A stretch of 64,000 nucleotides of DNA from Alphaproteobacteria bacterium (GTDB lineage Bacteria > Pseudomonadota > Alphaproteobacteria > UBA8366 > GCA-2717185): positions 2,413 through 66,412 of the forward strand of contig JAJFJC010000261.1 in assembly GCA_021774385.1 (NCBI GenBank). The letters are read 5' to 3'. Made by a program: the position numbers and the translations under genes. The notes below the pieces were generated by a model. It saw only the letters and a program-made list of their open reading frames with translations, ran no database searches and had not been told where the DNA came from. Positions 16,551 through 25,713 of this stretch are shown piece by piece. How positions within the stretch are numbered: position 1 is the stretch's first letter; every line of letters begins with the position of its first letter.

Positions 16551-16973
16551 TTATTCATCCCGATGCGTACGCTCCATACGCTCATGCTGTTCTTGTGCTT
16601 CAATGCTCAAGGTGGCGATTGGCCGTGCCTCGAGCCGGCCCAAGGAGATTGGATTATCTGTTTCCTCGCAAAATCCATAGGTACCTTCGTCTATCCGATG
16701 CAGTGCGGAGTCAATTTTGCTGATCAACTTTCGCTGACGATCACGCGTCCGTAATTCCAGGGAACGGTCCGTTTCAAGCGTTGCCCGATCCGCCATATCC
16801 GGTTCAGCGAGGCTCTCTTCCTGCAGGCTTAGCAAAGTCTCACCCGTCACGCGCAATAGCTGAGAACGCCAACTCATCAATTTCTGCCGGAAGTATTCCC
16901 GCTGCATTGGATTCATGAATTCCTCGCCTTCCGAAGGCCGGTAATCGGGCGGAAGTAAGGGTGACATTCGCAC
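16551..16973 (-). CDS. dksA: DksA-family RNA-polymerase-binding transcription factor (Cys-poor variant)
   Basis: 140 aa with a coiled-coil region containing DRATLETDRSLELRTRDRQRKLISKIDSAL. The C-terminal TYGFCEETDNPISLGRLEARPIATLSIEAQ retains only one of the four zinc-finger Cys positions. Confidence 0.8.
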   Translation of the reverse strand: MRMSPLLPPDYRPSEGEEFMNPMQREYFRQKLMSWRSQLLRVTGETLLSLQEESLAEPDMADRATLETDRSLELRTRDRQRKLISKIDSALHRIDEGTYGFCEETDNPISLGRLEARPIATLSIEAQEQHERMERTHRDE

Positions 16974-17066
16974 TCCAAATTCTTAGTTAATCCGAAAGCG
17001 GGCAATATATAATCGTGCGGGCCAAAGGGAGCAAGGCCCGGATCCTTCGTTATTCAAGTCTTGGAA

Positions 17067-17510
17067 TTAGCCGCCGACGGGTCTGTTTCGTGGCTCGTAT
17101 TTGGCGATCTCGACACGTACGCGCAATTCTATGTCGTCTAGTAATTCGTTCAGGCCACGATCCTCGGCATTTTGCCGCCGCTCCGATACCATTCGAGCGA
17201 GATTGATCAGGCGTTCCTTGGGAATAGCGCCAATAAGTAAATCGGTACGAATTTGTTCCAGTTGATCCAACGTATCGAAGCCCCATTGCCGCGCCCTGGC
17301 GTTCGCGGGGCTGTCGGTCGCGTCTCCCACGGTTTGAATTGCAACGACGGCATCCACACTTTGCGTTGGCGCCGCCGGCGATACCGGTGTCGATGTGTCA
17401 CCGGGTGCACCAAGGTGGCGCGCGAAACCGCCGCCGCCCCGCGTTTTTTCAGCCTTGCCTTTCGCTTTAGGCGAAGACGGCCGTACTTGGCCCGATGAAT
17501 CAATTTTCAT
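17067..17510 (-). CDS. fliX: Flagellar assembly regulator FliX
   Basis: 147 aa with a Gly/Ala/Pro-rich N-terminus. The C-terminal LINLARMVSERRQNAEDRGLNELLDDIELRVRVEIAKYE resembles Caulobacter FliX. It is divergent from flgI, as in Caulobacter. Confidence 0.75.
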   Translation of the reverse strand: MKIDSSGQVRPSSPKAKGKAEKTRGGGGFARHLGAPGDTSTPVSPAAPTQSVDAVVAIQTVGDATDSPANARARQWGFDTLDQLEQIRTDLLIGAIPKERLINLARMVSERRQNAEDRGLNELLDDIELRVRVEIAKYEPRNRPVGG

Positions 17511-17610
17511 GACGCCAGTTTAGCGGTTATCGGCGCGGAACGGAACAACGATCATAGCTTCATGCCGGCGCAGGATTCCGCACTGCGTGGAAATCTTTGC
17601 CGAGCGTACC

Positions 17611-17623
17611 GGCACGGCTTGCC
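17611..17623. promoter_or_regulatory. Dyad GGCAC-N3-TTGCC, followed by a GGCAA half-site; candidate enhancer for the flgI promoter
   Basis: The sequence is GGCACGGCTTGCC, followed by GGCAA at 17624-17628. Its centre is about 96 bp upstream of the sigma-54 candidate at 17706. Confidence 0.35.
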
Positions 17624-17705
17624 GGCAAATGCGCCATCTCCCTTGTCTGTTTTGCATTTTCCTAATTTTATCAACCTAAATCAACCGGTTACATTATCTC
17701 TATCA

Positions 17706-17720
17706 TGGCATGCCATTCGC
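17706..17720 (+). promoter_or_regulatory. Candidate sigma-54 promoter of flgI operon
   Basis: TGGCATGCCATTCGC has correct GG-N10-GC spacing, with TCGC instead of TTGC at -12. It lies 49 nt upstream of the flgI ATG. Confidence 0.45.
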
Positions 17721-17768
17721 ATTGAAGAGGCCTGAAACCTGTCGAAACAAGACGAATAACAAACGGCT

Positions 17769-18926
17769 ATGCAGCGTACAACGATCATAAAAAGCAAGAC
17801 ATGGCGACGGAGTATTCTAGATTTCGCGCCGTTATTCGCCTTGGCGCTTGCCATTTTGTCGTTCCATGGTGCCGCGCTTGGACAGTCACGCATCAAGGAT
17901 ATTGTTTCCTTCGAAGGCGTTCGCACAAACATGCTCGTCGGATACGGTCTCGTGGTTGGTCTGAATGGAACCGGTGATGGCTTGGCAAACGCGCCCTTCA
18001 CGCGCGAAAGCCTGATTGGCATGCTCGAACGGCTCGGCGTCAACGCACAGGATGACGGTCTGAACACGCAAAATGTCGCGGCCGTCATGGTGACCGCGAA
18101 TCTTCCCCCATTCGCCAACCAGGGCTCGCGAATCGACGTTACCGTCTCTGCATTGGGCGATGCGTCAAATCTGCTTGGTGGCACCCTACTCGTCACGCCC
18201 TTGGTTGGCGCCGATGGCGAAATCTATGCCGTCAGTCAAGGCACGATAGCCGTAGGCGGTTTCGCAGCGGTCGGCGCGGCGGAAAGCGTCGTCAAGGGCG
18301 TGCCGACCAGCGGCCGGATAGCCAATGGCGGCATCATTGAGCGCGAAATGCCGTTCAAGCTGTCCAACATGAAGCAAATCAAGCTTTCGCTGCGCAACCC
18401 TGATTTCACGACCTCGCGGCGCATAGCCCGGGCGATAAACGCATTTGTTGGACAGCCGGCGGCAAAATCCACCGACCCCACTACCGTAATCATGAAGACG
18501 CCGGCGAACTACAAAGGCGAGATTGTGGAACTCATTACGGATATCGAACAACTGCGAGTCGAACCCGACCAGATCGCCAAGGTCATAATCGATGAGCAAT
18601 CCGGGACAATCGTGATGGGCTCCAACGTCCGCATCAATACAGTCGCGATAGCGCAAGGCAATCTGACAATTCGGGTCACGGAAACGGCGCAAGTTTCTCA
18701 ACCGCTGCCATTTTCGAATACCGGAACAACCGAAACCGTGCCGCGGACGGAAATCGAAGTCAACGAGGATAAAGACCGCAAACTCACGGTCCTGCAAAAA
18801 GGTGTCAGCCTCCAAGATCTCGTCAACGGCTTGAACGCATTGGGTATCGGACCACGCGACATGATCACAATCCTGCAGGCCATTAAGGCGGCGGGTGCCC
18901 TCAACGCGGATATCGAGGTGCTTTGA
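17769..18926 (+). CDS. flgI: Flagellar P-ring protein FlgI
   Basis: 385 aa with a signal peptide ending in AALGQSRIKDI. The conserved blocks are VGYGLVVGLNGTGD and NPDFTTSRRIARAIN. The C-terminus is ILQAIKAAGALNADIEVL. Confidence 0.92.
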   Translation: MQRTTIIKSKTWRRSILDFAPLFALALAILSFHGAALGQSRIKDIVSFEGVRTNMLVGYGLVVGLNGTGDGLANAPFTRESLIGMLERLGVNAQDDGLNTQNVAAVMVTANLPPFANQGSRIDVTVSALGDASNLLGGTLLVTPLVGADGEIYAVSQGTIAVGGFAAVGAAESVVKGVPTSGRIANGGIIEREMPFKLSNMKQIKLSLRNPDFTTSRRIARAINAFVGQPAAKSTDPTTVIMKTPANYKGEIVELITDIEQLRVEPDQIAKVIIDEQSGTIVMGSNVRINTVAIAQGNLTIRVTETAQVSQPLPFSNTGTTETVPRTEIEVNEDKDRKLTVLQKGVSLQDLVNGLNALGIGPRDMITILQAIKAAGALNADIEVL

Positions 18927-19249
18927 TGGATCCCAATAATACCCTAGCGCTCTCGCAACAACATCTGAGTGCCTCTCAAACACCCAAACCGAGCGCGACT
19001 TCAAGCCCGGAAAAAGCCAAGGCCGCGGCTGAATCGTTCGAGGCGTTCTTTATCGGACAATATCTCGAGCACATGTTCGCCGGCATCCGTACGGACGGCA
19101 TGTTTGGCGGTGGCCAAGGCGAAAACGTTTTTCGCTCAATGATGATGCAAGAGTACGGCAAGACCATCGCAGCTCGGGGCGGCCTAGGCATCGCCGACTC
19201 AGTTTACAAATCCATTCTTCAAATGCAGGAACGGGAGCAGACGCCATGA
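18923..19249 (+). CDS. Rod-binding protein (FlgJ N-terminal domain-like / CheL-like), no muramidase domain
   Basis: 108 aa. The rod-binding pattern is ESFEAFFIGQYLEHMF...FRSMMMQEYGKTIAARGGLGIADSVYKSIL. It overlaps the flgI stop by 4 nt. Confidence 0.75.
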   Translation: MMDPNNTLALSQQHLSASQTPKPSATSSPEKAKAAAESFEAFFIGQYLEHMFAGIRTDGMFGGGQGENVFRSMMMQEYGKTIAARGGLGIADSVYKSILQMQEREQTP

Positions 19250-19689
19250 ACCCCAGTGCGCGCGCACACGAGTTAATTGAACTTTCACATTCACTTGTGC
19301 AGGTGATGGCAACGGAGATCGAGACACTAAAGGCCGGCCGCGTCGCTGATATTGAGCCGATGCAAATTCAAAAAGAAGCGCTTTCCAATGCGTACGAAAC
19401 CCACATGCGCGATGTTGCCGCGGAACCCGGCATGTTCAATGCCATCGAACCGGAACTTAAGACCGAGCTGACAACAGCCGCCAAACAGTTCGAGTCCACA
19501 GCGACGGAAAATAGAAATGCCGTCCAGGCGGCACTTGAACTTAATTCCCGGCTGGTACAAGTGATCGCGGATGCCGTCACCAAGAATACTCTGTCCGCGA
19601 CCGGTTATACGAAAACCGGCGCCGCACCGTCGTATTCGGCTAGAGCAGTACCCACCGCGACACCAGCAACGCTGAACCGGAGCCTCTGA
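19246..19689 (+). CDS. FlgN/FlbY-like helical protein (putative export chaperone for FlgK/FlgL)
   Basis: 147 aa, all-helical in composition. It overlaps the previous gene by 4 nt and sits immediately upstream of flgK. The family call rests on position and size only. Confidence 0.4.
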   Translation: MNPSARAHELIELSHSLVQVMATEIETLKAGRVADIEPMQIQKEALSNAYETHMRDVAAEPGMFNAIEPELKTELTTAAKQFESTATENRNAVQAALELNSRLVQVIADAVTKNTLSATGYTKTGAAPSYSARAVPTATPATLNRSL

Positions 19690-19719
19690 CCCTAAAAAAC
19701 AGCGACGAAAGACGGCACC

Positions 19720-21846
19720 ATGTCACTCACCCTCGCACTTCAGACCGCCCTTAGTGGAATTCAAGCCAATCAGGCGGCACTGCAAGTCGCTGCCAACAAT
19801 ATCGCCAACGTAAACACGGTCGGCTTTACCCGGAAATCGGTCGAATTCGAGGCCCGCCGAATCGATGTGACCGGTGCGGGTGTCGATATCAGCGATATCA
19901 CGCGCGCGGTTGATGAATTTCTCTTGCGCCAAGTACGTGAGCAAGAGGGCACGGTCGCCGCACTAACCGCGCGGGAGAAATTTCTATCCCAAATACAGGG
20001 GATCTTTGGGACCCCCAGCAGCAATGACACGATCGCCGCGGGCTTAACGACGCTGAACAACAATTTCGAATCACTGGCACTTTCGCCTGAATCGGAAGCG
20101 GCGCGTTTCGAAGCCGTAAACGAAGCACGAAAGCTTGCCGCACAGCTCAATCAACTATCCGGCGCCATTCAAGATCTGCGCGCGGATGCCGATCAGGGCA
20201 TCAGTCTGGCCGTTGCCGAGGTCACCGGTGAATTGCAATTAGTCGAGAATCTGAACATCAAGATCGCGCAAGCCGTTGCGCTCAATCAACCAAGCGGGGG
20301 ACTAAGAGACCAGCGGGATGTCGCGCTTTCCAACATCAGTAAAGTCTTAGATATTCGGACCTTCGAAGCCTCCAGCGGAAAAGTCGCAATCTTTACCGGT
20401 AGCGGCAGCACCTTGGTGAGCGAGGGAACGACGTTCTCTCTTACGCATACTTCGGCCGCGCAAACCGACGCCAGCGTCGCCTATGTGCGACCAGGTGATG
20501 CAAACTATCCTGGTCCCATAGATGGCATCTTCATTGGGACGCCTGATCTGGTGAACGGATCGAACGACATCACCACGGAGATCATCGACGGTGAATTGAA
20601 GGGTTTGATCGACGTTCGGGACACACTGCTCCCCAACCTTCAAAAGGAAATCGATCGCCTTTCCGCAGTGCTTAAAACGCAAATCAACACATTCCATAAC
20701 CAAGGCACGGCGTTTCCGCCGCCAGCCACCCTCACCGGCAGCCAAACCGTCGCGGCGACGGATGCCTTTAGCGGCACCGGCAGCGCGCGAATCGCGGTAC
20801 TGAATCAAACAACCGGCGCCGTCGTTGAGTTTGTCGATATTAACTTAGCGGGACTGGGCGCTACCGCGACTGTGAACGACGTGGTCACCGCGATAAATGC
20901 CGGATTGACGGGTACACCCGCATCAATCAATGCATCAGGGCAACTCGTCCTGCAGGCGCAAAGCGCCGGACAAGGTATCTCAATCAATGAAAATACAAGC
21001 GCCATCACCGTGGTCGGCGGCGAAACACGTGGGCTTTCACACTATTTCGGCTTGAATGACTTTTTCCAGGCCAACGTGAATGGCAGCGACTATAACAGCT
21101 TCGCTACCGCCAGACAGGCCAGCAGCACCACTGCGCTGGGGTTGACCGGCACACTCACCTTTCGCTTCGATGGCACGGCCGGCGCGGCTGTAAATTATGC
21201 GGTGGGCGATAGTCTGGAAGCGATTGCGGCATCAATCAATGGCACCGGCGCGCTTTCGGCACAAAATATTACCGCGACGGTCACCGATGATTCCGGCGGA
21301 CGCCGCCTCACGATTACGGATACCGACCGCAACAATTTCGTGATTTCGGATTCCGGCGCCCTGCTATCGACAACAAGTGCGACGCCGGACGAAACCAGCC
21401 TTTCGACCGTTGTAACGATCAATTCAGCCATCGCCGCCAATTCCGATCTCATTTCGCGAGGCCAGCTCGATATAACTGCTGCCGTGGGCGCGGTCGGTTT
21501 ATCGGTTGGCGACGGCAATATCGCGAATTCAATGGCGGGTGTTTTCAATACCGACGTATCGTTTGCCGGTTCCGGCGGCATCAGCTCAACAACGACAACG
21601 CTTATTCGCTATTCCAGTCAGATTATCGACCTGCAAGCATCCCTCGCCGGCGATGCCCGGTCTGACTTGGCATTCAACGAGACCTTCCTTGAGACAACAA
21701 CCTTTCGCGCGCAAAGCGAATCGGGCGTGAATATCGACGAGGAGCTCGCGGGACTCGTGGCGCTTGAGAACGCGTTCGCTGCATCCTCCCGTGTCCTTAC
21801 CGCGGTTGCGGAAATGCTTGACGAACTTATCAATTCAGTCCGTTAG
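19720..21846 (+). CDS. flgK: Hook-filament junction protein FlgK (HAP1)
   Basis: 708 aa. The N-terminus is LQTALSGIQANQAALQVAANNIANVNTVGFTRK and the C-terminus is SGVNIDEELAGLVALENAFAASSRVL. Confidence 0.9.
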   Translation: MSLTLALQTALSGIQANQAALQVAANNIANVNTVGFTRKSVEFEARRIDVTGAGVDISDITRAVDEFLLRQVREQEGTVAALTAREKFLSQIQGIFGTPSSNDTIAAGLTTLNNNFESLALSPESEAARFEAVNEARKLAAQLNQLSGAIQDLRADADQGISLAVAEVTGELQLVENLNIKIAQAVALNQPSGGLRDQRDVALSNISKVLDIRTFEASSGKVAIFTGSGSTLVSEGTTFSLTHTSAAQTDASVAYVRPGDANYPGPIDGIFIGTPDLVNGSNDITTEIIDGELKGLIDVRDTLLPNLQKEIDRLSAVLKTQINTFHNQGTAFPPPATLTGSQTVAATDAFSGTGSARIAVLNQTTGAVVEFVDINLAGLGATATVNDVVTAINAGLTGTPASINASGQLVLQAQSAGQGISINENTSAITVVGGETRGLSHYFGLNDFFQANVNGSDYNSFATARQASSTTALGLTGTLTFRFDGTAGAAVNYAVGDSLEAIAASINGTGALSAQNITATVTDDSGGRRLTITDTDRNNFVISDSGALLSTTSATPDETSLSTVVTINSAIAANSDLISRGQLDITAAVGAVGLSVGDGNIANSMAGVFNTDVSFAGSGGISSTTTTLIRYSSQIIDLQASLAGDARSDLAFNETFLETTTFRAQSESGVNIDEELAGLVALENAFAASSRVLTAVAEMLDELINSVR

Positions 21847-21857
21847 GAGGCGGAACC

Positions 21858-22811
21858 ATGACCCGCGTCGCAACGTTTGCACAAAACAGGTTTGCACTTT
21901 TCACCACGCTAAACACGCAACAGCGCCTATTCGACGCCCAAACACAAGTTGGCACCGGTCTCAAATCGCAAGACTTCGCCGGCCTTGCGCGCGAAGCAGG
22001 ACGATTGGTAAGCGTAAAGAACGAATTTGCCCGCGTTGACCAGTTTCTCGACAATATCGAGACGACTGATCGCCGGTTGGAGTTCATGGGTTTCAGCCTC
22101 GATCGCATCGAACAGGTTGGCCGGGAATTTCGAACTACGCTGTTGGGCGCCAAGAATGGTGATACGGCAAACGTAATTGGACTACCGGCACTGGCACAGG
22201 GTTTGCTCGATCAAATCGTCGACCTTCTTAACGTTCGCGACGAGAGCCGGTTTCTATTCTCCGGCGGCAATATTCGCACCAAGGCCGTGGACTTGAACAA
22301 CGGCGTCTACACTCCTCCCGTCGTTCCCCCCTTCCCCGCAGCCGCCAACACCGACTGGTATGGCGGCGACAATGTTGTTCAACGTGCCAGAATTGATGAA
22401 GGATTTGAAGTCGATTACGGCATTCGCGCCAACGACCCCGCAATCGAAAAGGTCGTCCGGGCTTTCGACTCAATATCGGAAATTACCTTTACCTCGCCGC
22501 CTTCGGCCGCCGAAATAACGGCGGTAAACGACGCGGTCGCGCTTTTAACACAAGCGCTCGACAACCCACCGGCCGGCGACACGACGATTGGCGGTCTATT
22601 TTCTCAAGCGGAGCTGCAACGCTCCATTTTGAATGATCTAAAAACCAAGCACGAGAACTTCGCCGCGTTCGCGGAAAAAAATATTGCCGAGATAGAACAG
22701 GTCAACACCGCCGAGGCAATCAGCATCCTCAACGCGGAACAGGTTACCTTGGAAGCTTCCTTCACGGTAATTGGCCGCATACAACGCGTCTCGCTCGTCA
22801 ACTTTCTTTAA
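21858..22811 (+). CDS. flgL: Hook-filament junction protein FlgL (HAP3)
   Basis: 317 aa with flagellin-like terminal helices. It follows flgK. Confidence 0.8.
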   Translation: MTRVATFAQNRFALFTTLNTQQRLFDAQTQVGTGLKSQDFAGLAREAGRLVSVKNEFARVDQFLDNIETTDRRLEFMGFSLDRIEQVGREFRTTLLGAKNGDTANVIGLPALAQGLLDQIVDLLNVRDESRFLFSGGNIRTKAVDLNNGVYTPPVVPPFPAAANTDWYGGDNVVQRARIDEGFEVDYGIRANDPAIEKVVRAFDSISEITFTSPPSAAEITAVNDAVALLTQALDNPPAGDTTIGGLFSQAELQRSILNDLKTKHENFAAFAEKNIAEIEQVNTAEAISILNAEQVTLEASFTVIGRIQRVSLVNFL

Positions 22812-22890
22812 CTCCCTTTGACACTGCGCTTCGCACTCTTGGCGTTTGGGTGATATAACGCGAACCTCTACGGTCTTCTGGAGCCAGGAA

Positions 22891-24888
22891 ATGGCGGATC
22901 CGCCGACGGAAAGCATACCGGGCGAGATACTGGTTGGCTCTCTTTCAGAGGTCCTGCACCGTGCCGCAAACCACTATAACCAGGCCGAATACGCGGCAGC
23001 CGCAGCAATTTGCCAGACCGTAGTCGCACAGGATAGCGACAATTCGGAAGCGCTGCATATCCTTGGTCATATCGCCCTGCGAACCGGAGAAACCGATACC
23101 GCAGTCGGCTATTTCACACGCACGGTTACACTCGAGCCAACCGACCCCCGATATAGCCGAAGTTTCGCGGCTTCTCTGGAAATATCAGGCCGCACTAATC
23201 AAGCAATGCACGCCTGGTCTCAGTATATCACGCTTAATGCCGAAGATGCGGATGCGCATTTCCATCTTGCGCGACTCCTTTCCGACAGCGGCGACCATGG
23301 GTTGGCGGCAACTAGGCTTGCCCGTGCGACTCAACTTGAGCCGACCAACCTGGATATACGTTTCGCCCTCTCGGTTTGCCTATATAAGTGTAATGAACTG
23401 TCTGAATCGATTGCGAACTTTGAAGCGCTCCTGAAAATTCGGCCGGACTGGGCAGCTTGCCATAGCGGTTTATCAGCAGCCCTACGCCAAGATCAACAAA
23501 TTGAACGCGCAATTTCCCATGCGGGCTGGGCGGTTTCCCTGCAGCCTGAGGCCTCCGAAGCGCACAACAATCTCGGTTTGGCGTATTTTTCCGCCCAGCG
23601 CACGGACGATACCGTGCGATCTCTCGAACGCGCGCGAGAATTGTCGCCTGACGACGCCGAGGTTTTGAACAATCTAGGTGTCGCAACCGCTCATATAGGG
23701 GACCGAGATCGCGCCAAAGCGTATTATGACCAGGCGTTAAAGTTACGGCCGGGTTGGGCGGAAGCACTCCTCAATCTCGCTAATATTTCGCGCCAGGAGA
23801 ATTTGCTCGAACTTGCCGTGGAGACCTATCAAGAAGCACTGCGCGCCCAACCGGACGACTATCGTATCCTTGGTAGTCTGGCGCTAACGTTCCTTAATTT
23901 GAACGATCCCCAAAACGCCATTGCCAGTTACGAACAGGCACTAGTTCTTGCACCCGGGAACCCGGAATTACGGAAGGGCCTCGGCATCGCACAGTTGCTT
24001 GACGGCCAATTCCAACCCGGCTGGCGCAACTACGAGGCGCGCCTTCTTTGTGGTTTCCAACGCAATTTCAACGTACCGCGCTGGGATGGCGAAGACCTAA
24101 ACGGAGGCAGGCTTCTCATTCATTCCGAACAAGGCTTCGGCGATACGATACAATTTTGTCGTTACTTGCCGCGGGTCGCCGACAAGGCAAACGCGAAATC
24201 CATAATTTTCGAGACACAGCGCCCTCTTCTTCGGCTACTCGCCACCGTCGAGGGAGTCGATGAAGTCATTGCCCGGGGCGATGCCTTACCCGAAATCGAT
24301 CGACATGTTCCGCTTCTAAGTTTGCCAGCGATTTTCGAGACGGATTTCGAGACTATTCCAGGTCAACATCCCTACATCGCCGCGAACGAGCATGATCACC
24401 CAGATTGGCGACCTAGGCTCGCCGGTGACAAGCCCCGTATCGGTATCGTTTGGAAAGGAAATCCACGACGACAGGATGACGATAAGCGTTCCTGTCCGGT
24501 CGCCGCTTTCGAACCCATTTTAAAACTGTCCAATTACCAATTTTTCAGTTTGCAAATCGACGCCGATTTCAGTGAAACATCATGGTTCGGCAAACATGGT
24601 GTCGCCGATCTTGCAAACAATATCAAAGACTTCTCGGATACAGCGGCGATAATCGCGGAACTAGACCTCGTCATCAGCGTCGACACCGCGACAGCACATT
24701 TAGCCGGTGCGTTGGGAAAGCCTGTTTGGGTTCTTCTTGGTCACGCCGCGGATTGGCGTTACCTAACGGCGAGAGACGATTCGCCCTGGTATCCCAGCAT
24801 GCGATTGTTTCGACAAAGTAATAGAGACAATTGGCGCGAACTCGCCAATCAGGTTTCAAGGACGCTTAATCAATCGTTCGATTTCTAA
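22891..24888 (+). CDS. Bipartite TPR protein with C-terminal GT9-like (heptosyltransferase-fold) glycosyltransferase domain
   Basis: I prefer the ATG at 22891 over the track's TTG at 22846. There are about 10 TPR-like repeats. The C-terminal motifs GFGDTIQFCRYLP and DTAAIIAELDLVISVDTATAHLAGALGKPVWVLL are typical of GT9-fold enzymes. Confidence 0.7.
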   Translation: MADPPTESIPGEILVGSLSEVLHRAANHYNQAEYAAAAAICQTVVAQDSDNSEALHILGHIALRTGETDTAVGYFTRTVTLEPTDPRYSRSFAASLEISGRTNQAMHAWSQYITLNAEDADAHFHLARLLSDSGDHGLAATRLARATQLEPTNLDIRFALSVCLYKCNELSESIANFEALLKIRPDWAACHSGLSAALRQDQQIERAISHAGWAVSLQPEASEAHNNLGLAYFSAQRTDDTVRSLERARELSPDDAEVLNNLGVATAHIGDRDRAKAYYDQALKLRPGWAEALLNLANISRQENLLELAVETYQEALRAQPDDYRILGSLALTFLNLNDPQNAIASYEQALVLAPGNPELRKGLGIAQLLDGQFQPGWRNYEARLLCGFQRNFNVPRWDGEDLNGGRLLIHSEQGFGDTIQFCRYLPRVADKANAKSIIFETQRPLLRLLATVEGVDEVIARGDALPEIDRHVPLLSLPAIFETDFETIPGQHPYIAANEHDHPDWRPRLAGDKPRIGIVWKGNPRRQDDDKRSCPVAAFEPILKLSNYQFFSLQIDADFSETSWFGKHGVADLANNIKDFSDTAAIIAELDLVISVDTATAHLAGALGKPVWVLLGHAADWRYLTARDDSPWYPSMRLFRQSNRDNWRELANQVSRTLNQSFDF

Positions 24889-24905
24889 AGCGAGCAGCAC
24901 CGCCT

Positions 24906-25334
24906 TTAAGCAACAATATCCCCGCTAGGCGTCGCGTTTTGCTGCGGAATCTGGACGATTTCCTGATCCGGCGTTTCCATCAAACCGCTAGCGATATTGC
25001 GATTAATTTCAATCAGCACACCAAGTTTGCCGCTATCGGGTTCGGCAAGAGCACCAACCGTGTGCTTATCGATGAAAATGCTCAAACTCATTACATTTGC
25101 CTTGATTTCCGATGGCAGGGCATTTTCTCCCGACGCGATATCCGCTTGAATAATCGTCCACAAACGCCAATTCAAGCGCAAGGCCGCGCGGTAGTCGGTT
25201 TGATCATCGTTCTCAATCGAGACCTCCGATAATCTGCGGGCCGCTTCCAGCAACGCTCTCGCCTCAGTTTGGCGCGCACCAGCTCCAAGCTTCTGCGAGG
25301 ATTGGTACGCCTGATTACTATGCGTTTGCGACAT
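24906..25334 (-). CDS. flaF: Flagellin synthesis regulator FlaF
   Basis: 142 aa. The blocks EARALLEAARRL, ALRLNWRLWTIIQADI and LPSEIKANVMSLSIFIDKHT match FlaF. It overlaps flbT by 17 nt. Confidence 0.85.
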   Translation of the reverse strand: MSQTHSNQAYQSSQKLGAGARQTEARALLEAARRLSEVSIENDDQTDYRAALRLNWRLWTIIQADIASGENALPSEIKANVMSLSIFIDKHTVGALAEPDSGKLGVLIEINRNIASGLMETPDQEIVQIPQQNATPSGDIVA

Positions 25335-25713
25335 TTTTTAGAACCTCATCTTCATATTTCATAAGCTTACGGCATTTTTTTAACGCACTGTATAGATCAC
25401 CTCGAATTACGTTCTCGCCAATTTCAAGAATTATCGGTGAGGCACTCGGCACAGCCTTAATGAAATCTCTCGTAAAGGAGTTAAATTTCTCTTGATAAAA
25501 AGCAGTATTGACCGGAAACAAGTAGATCATCTGAACCGCGAAATATACGCGTTTCGCCGGAGAGCTCGCCTGTTCTTCCGTCATGATGTCACGTTCGCGC
25601 AACACGCTTGCCTTATTCTCCAAGACAAGCTCGCTTTTCTGCCCGCCATTAACGATAACCGCTTGGTTAATGACGATTTTTTCACCCGGCTTTAAAGCCA
25701 ACTTCAAGGGCAT
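25318..25713 (-). CDS. flbT: Flagellin translational repressor FlbT
   Basis: I prefer the start at 25713, which has a GAGGAGGG Shine-Dalgarno just upstream. The track ORF starts 24 nt further upstream, at 25737. The product begins MPLKLALKPGEKIVINQAVIVNGGQKSELVLENKASVLRERDIM, the FlbT N-terminal signature. Confidence 0.88.
   Translation of the reverse strand: MPLKLALKPGEKIVINQAVIVNGGQKSELVLENKASVLRERDIMTEEQASSPAKRVYFAVQMIYLFPVNTAFYQEKFNSFTRDFIKAVPSASPIILEIGENVIRGDLYSALKKCRKLMKYEDEVLKNVANA

Noticed and set aside
17681-19004. Long minus-strand ORFs 17681-18196 and 18186-19004 (171 and 272 aa).
   Set aside because: They are antisense to flgI, one of the best-supported calls in the window. Their Arg/Cys/His-rich translations look like shadow ORFs.
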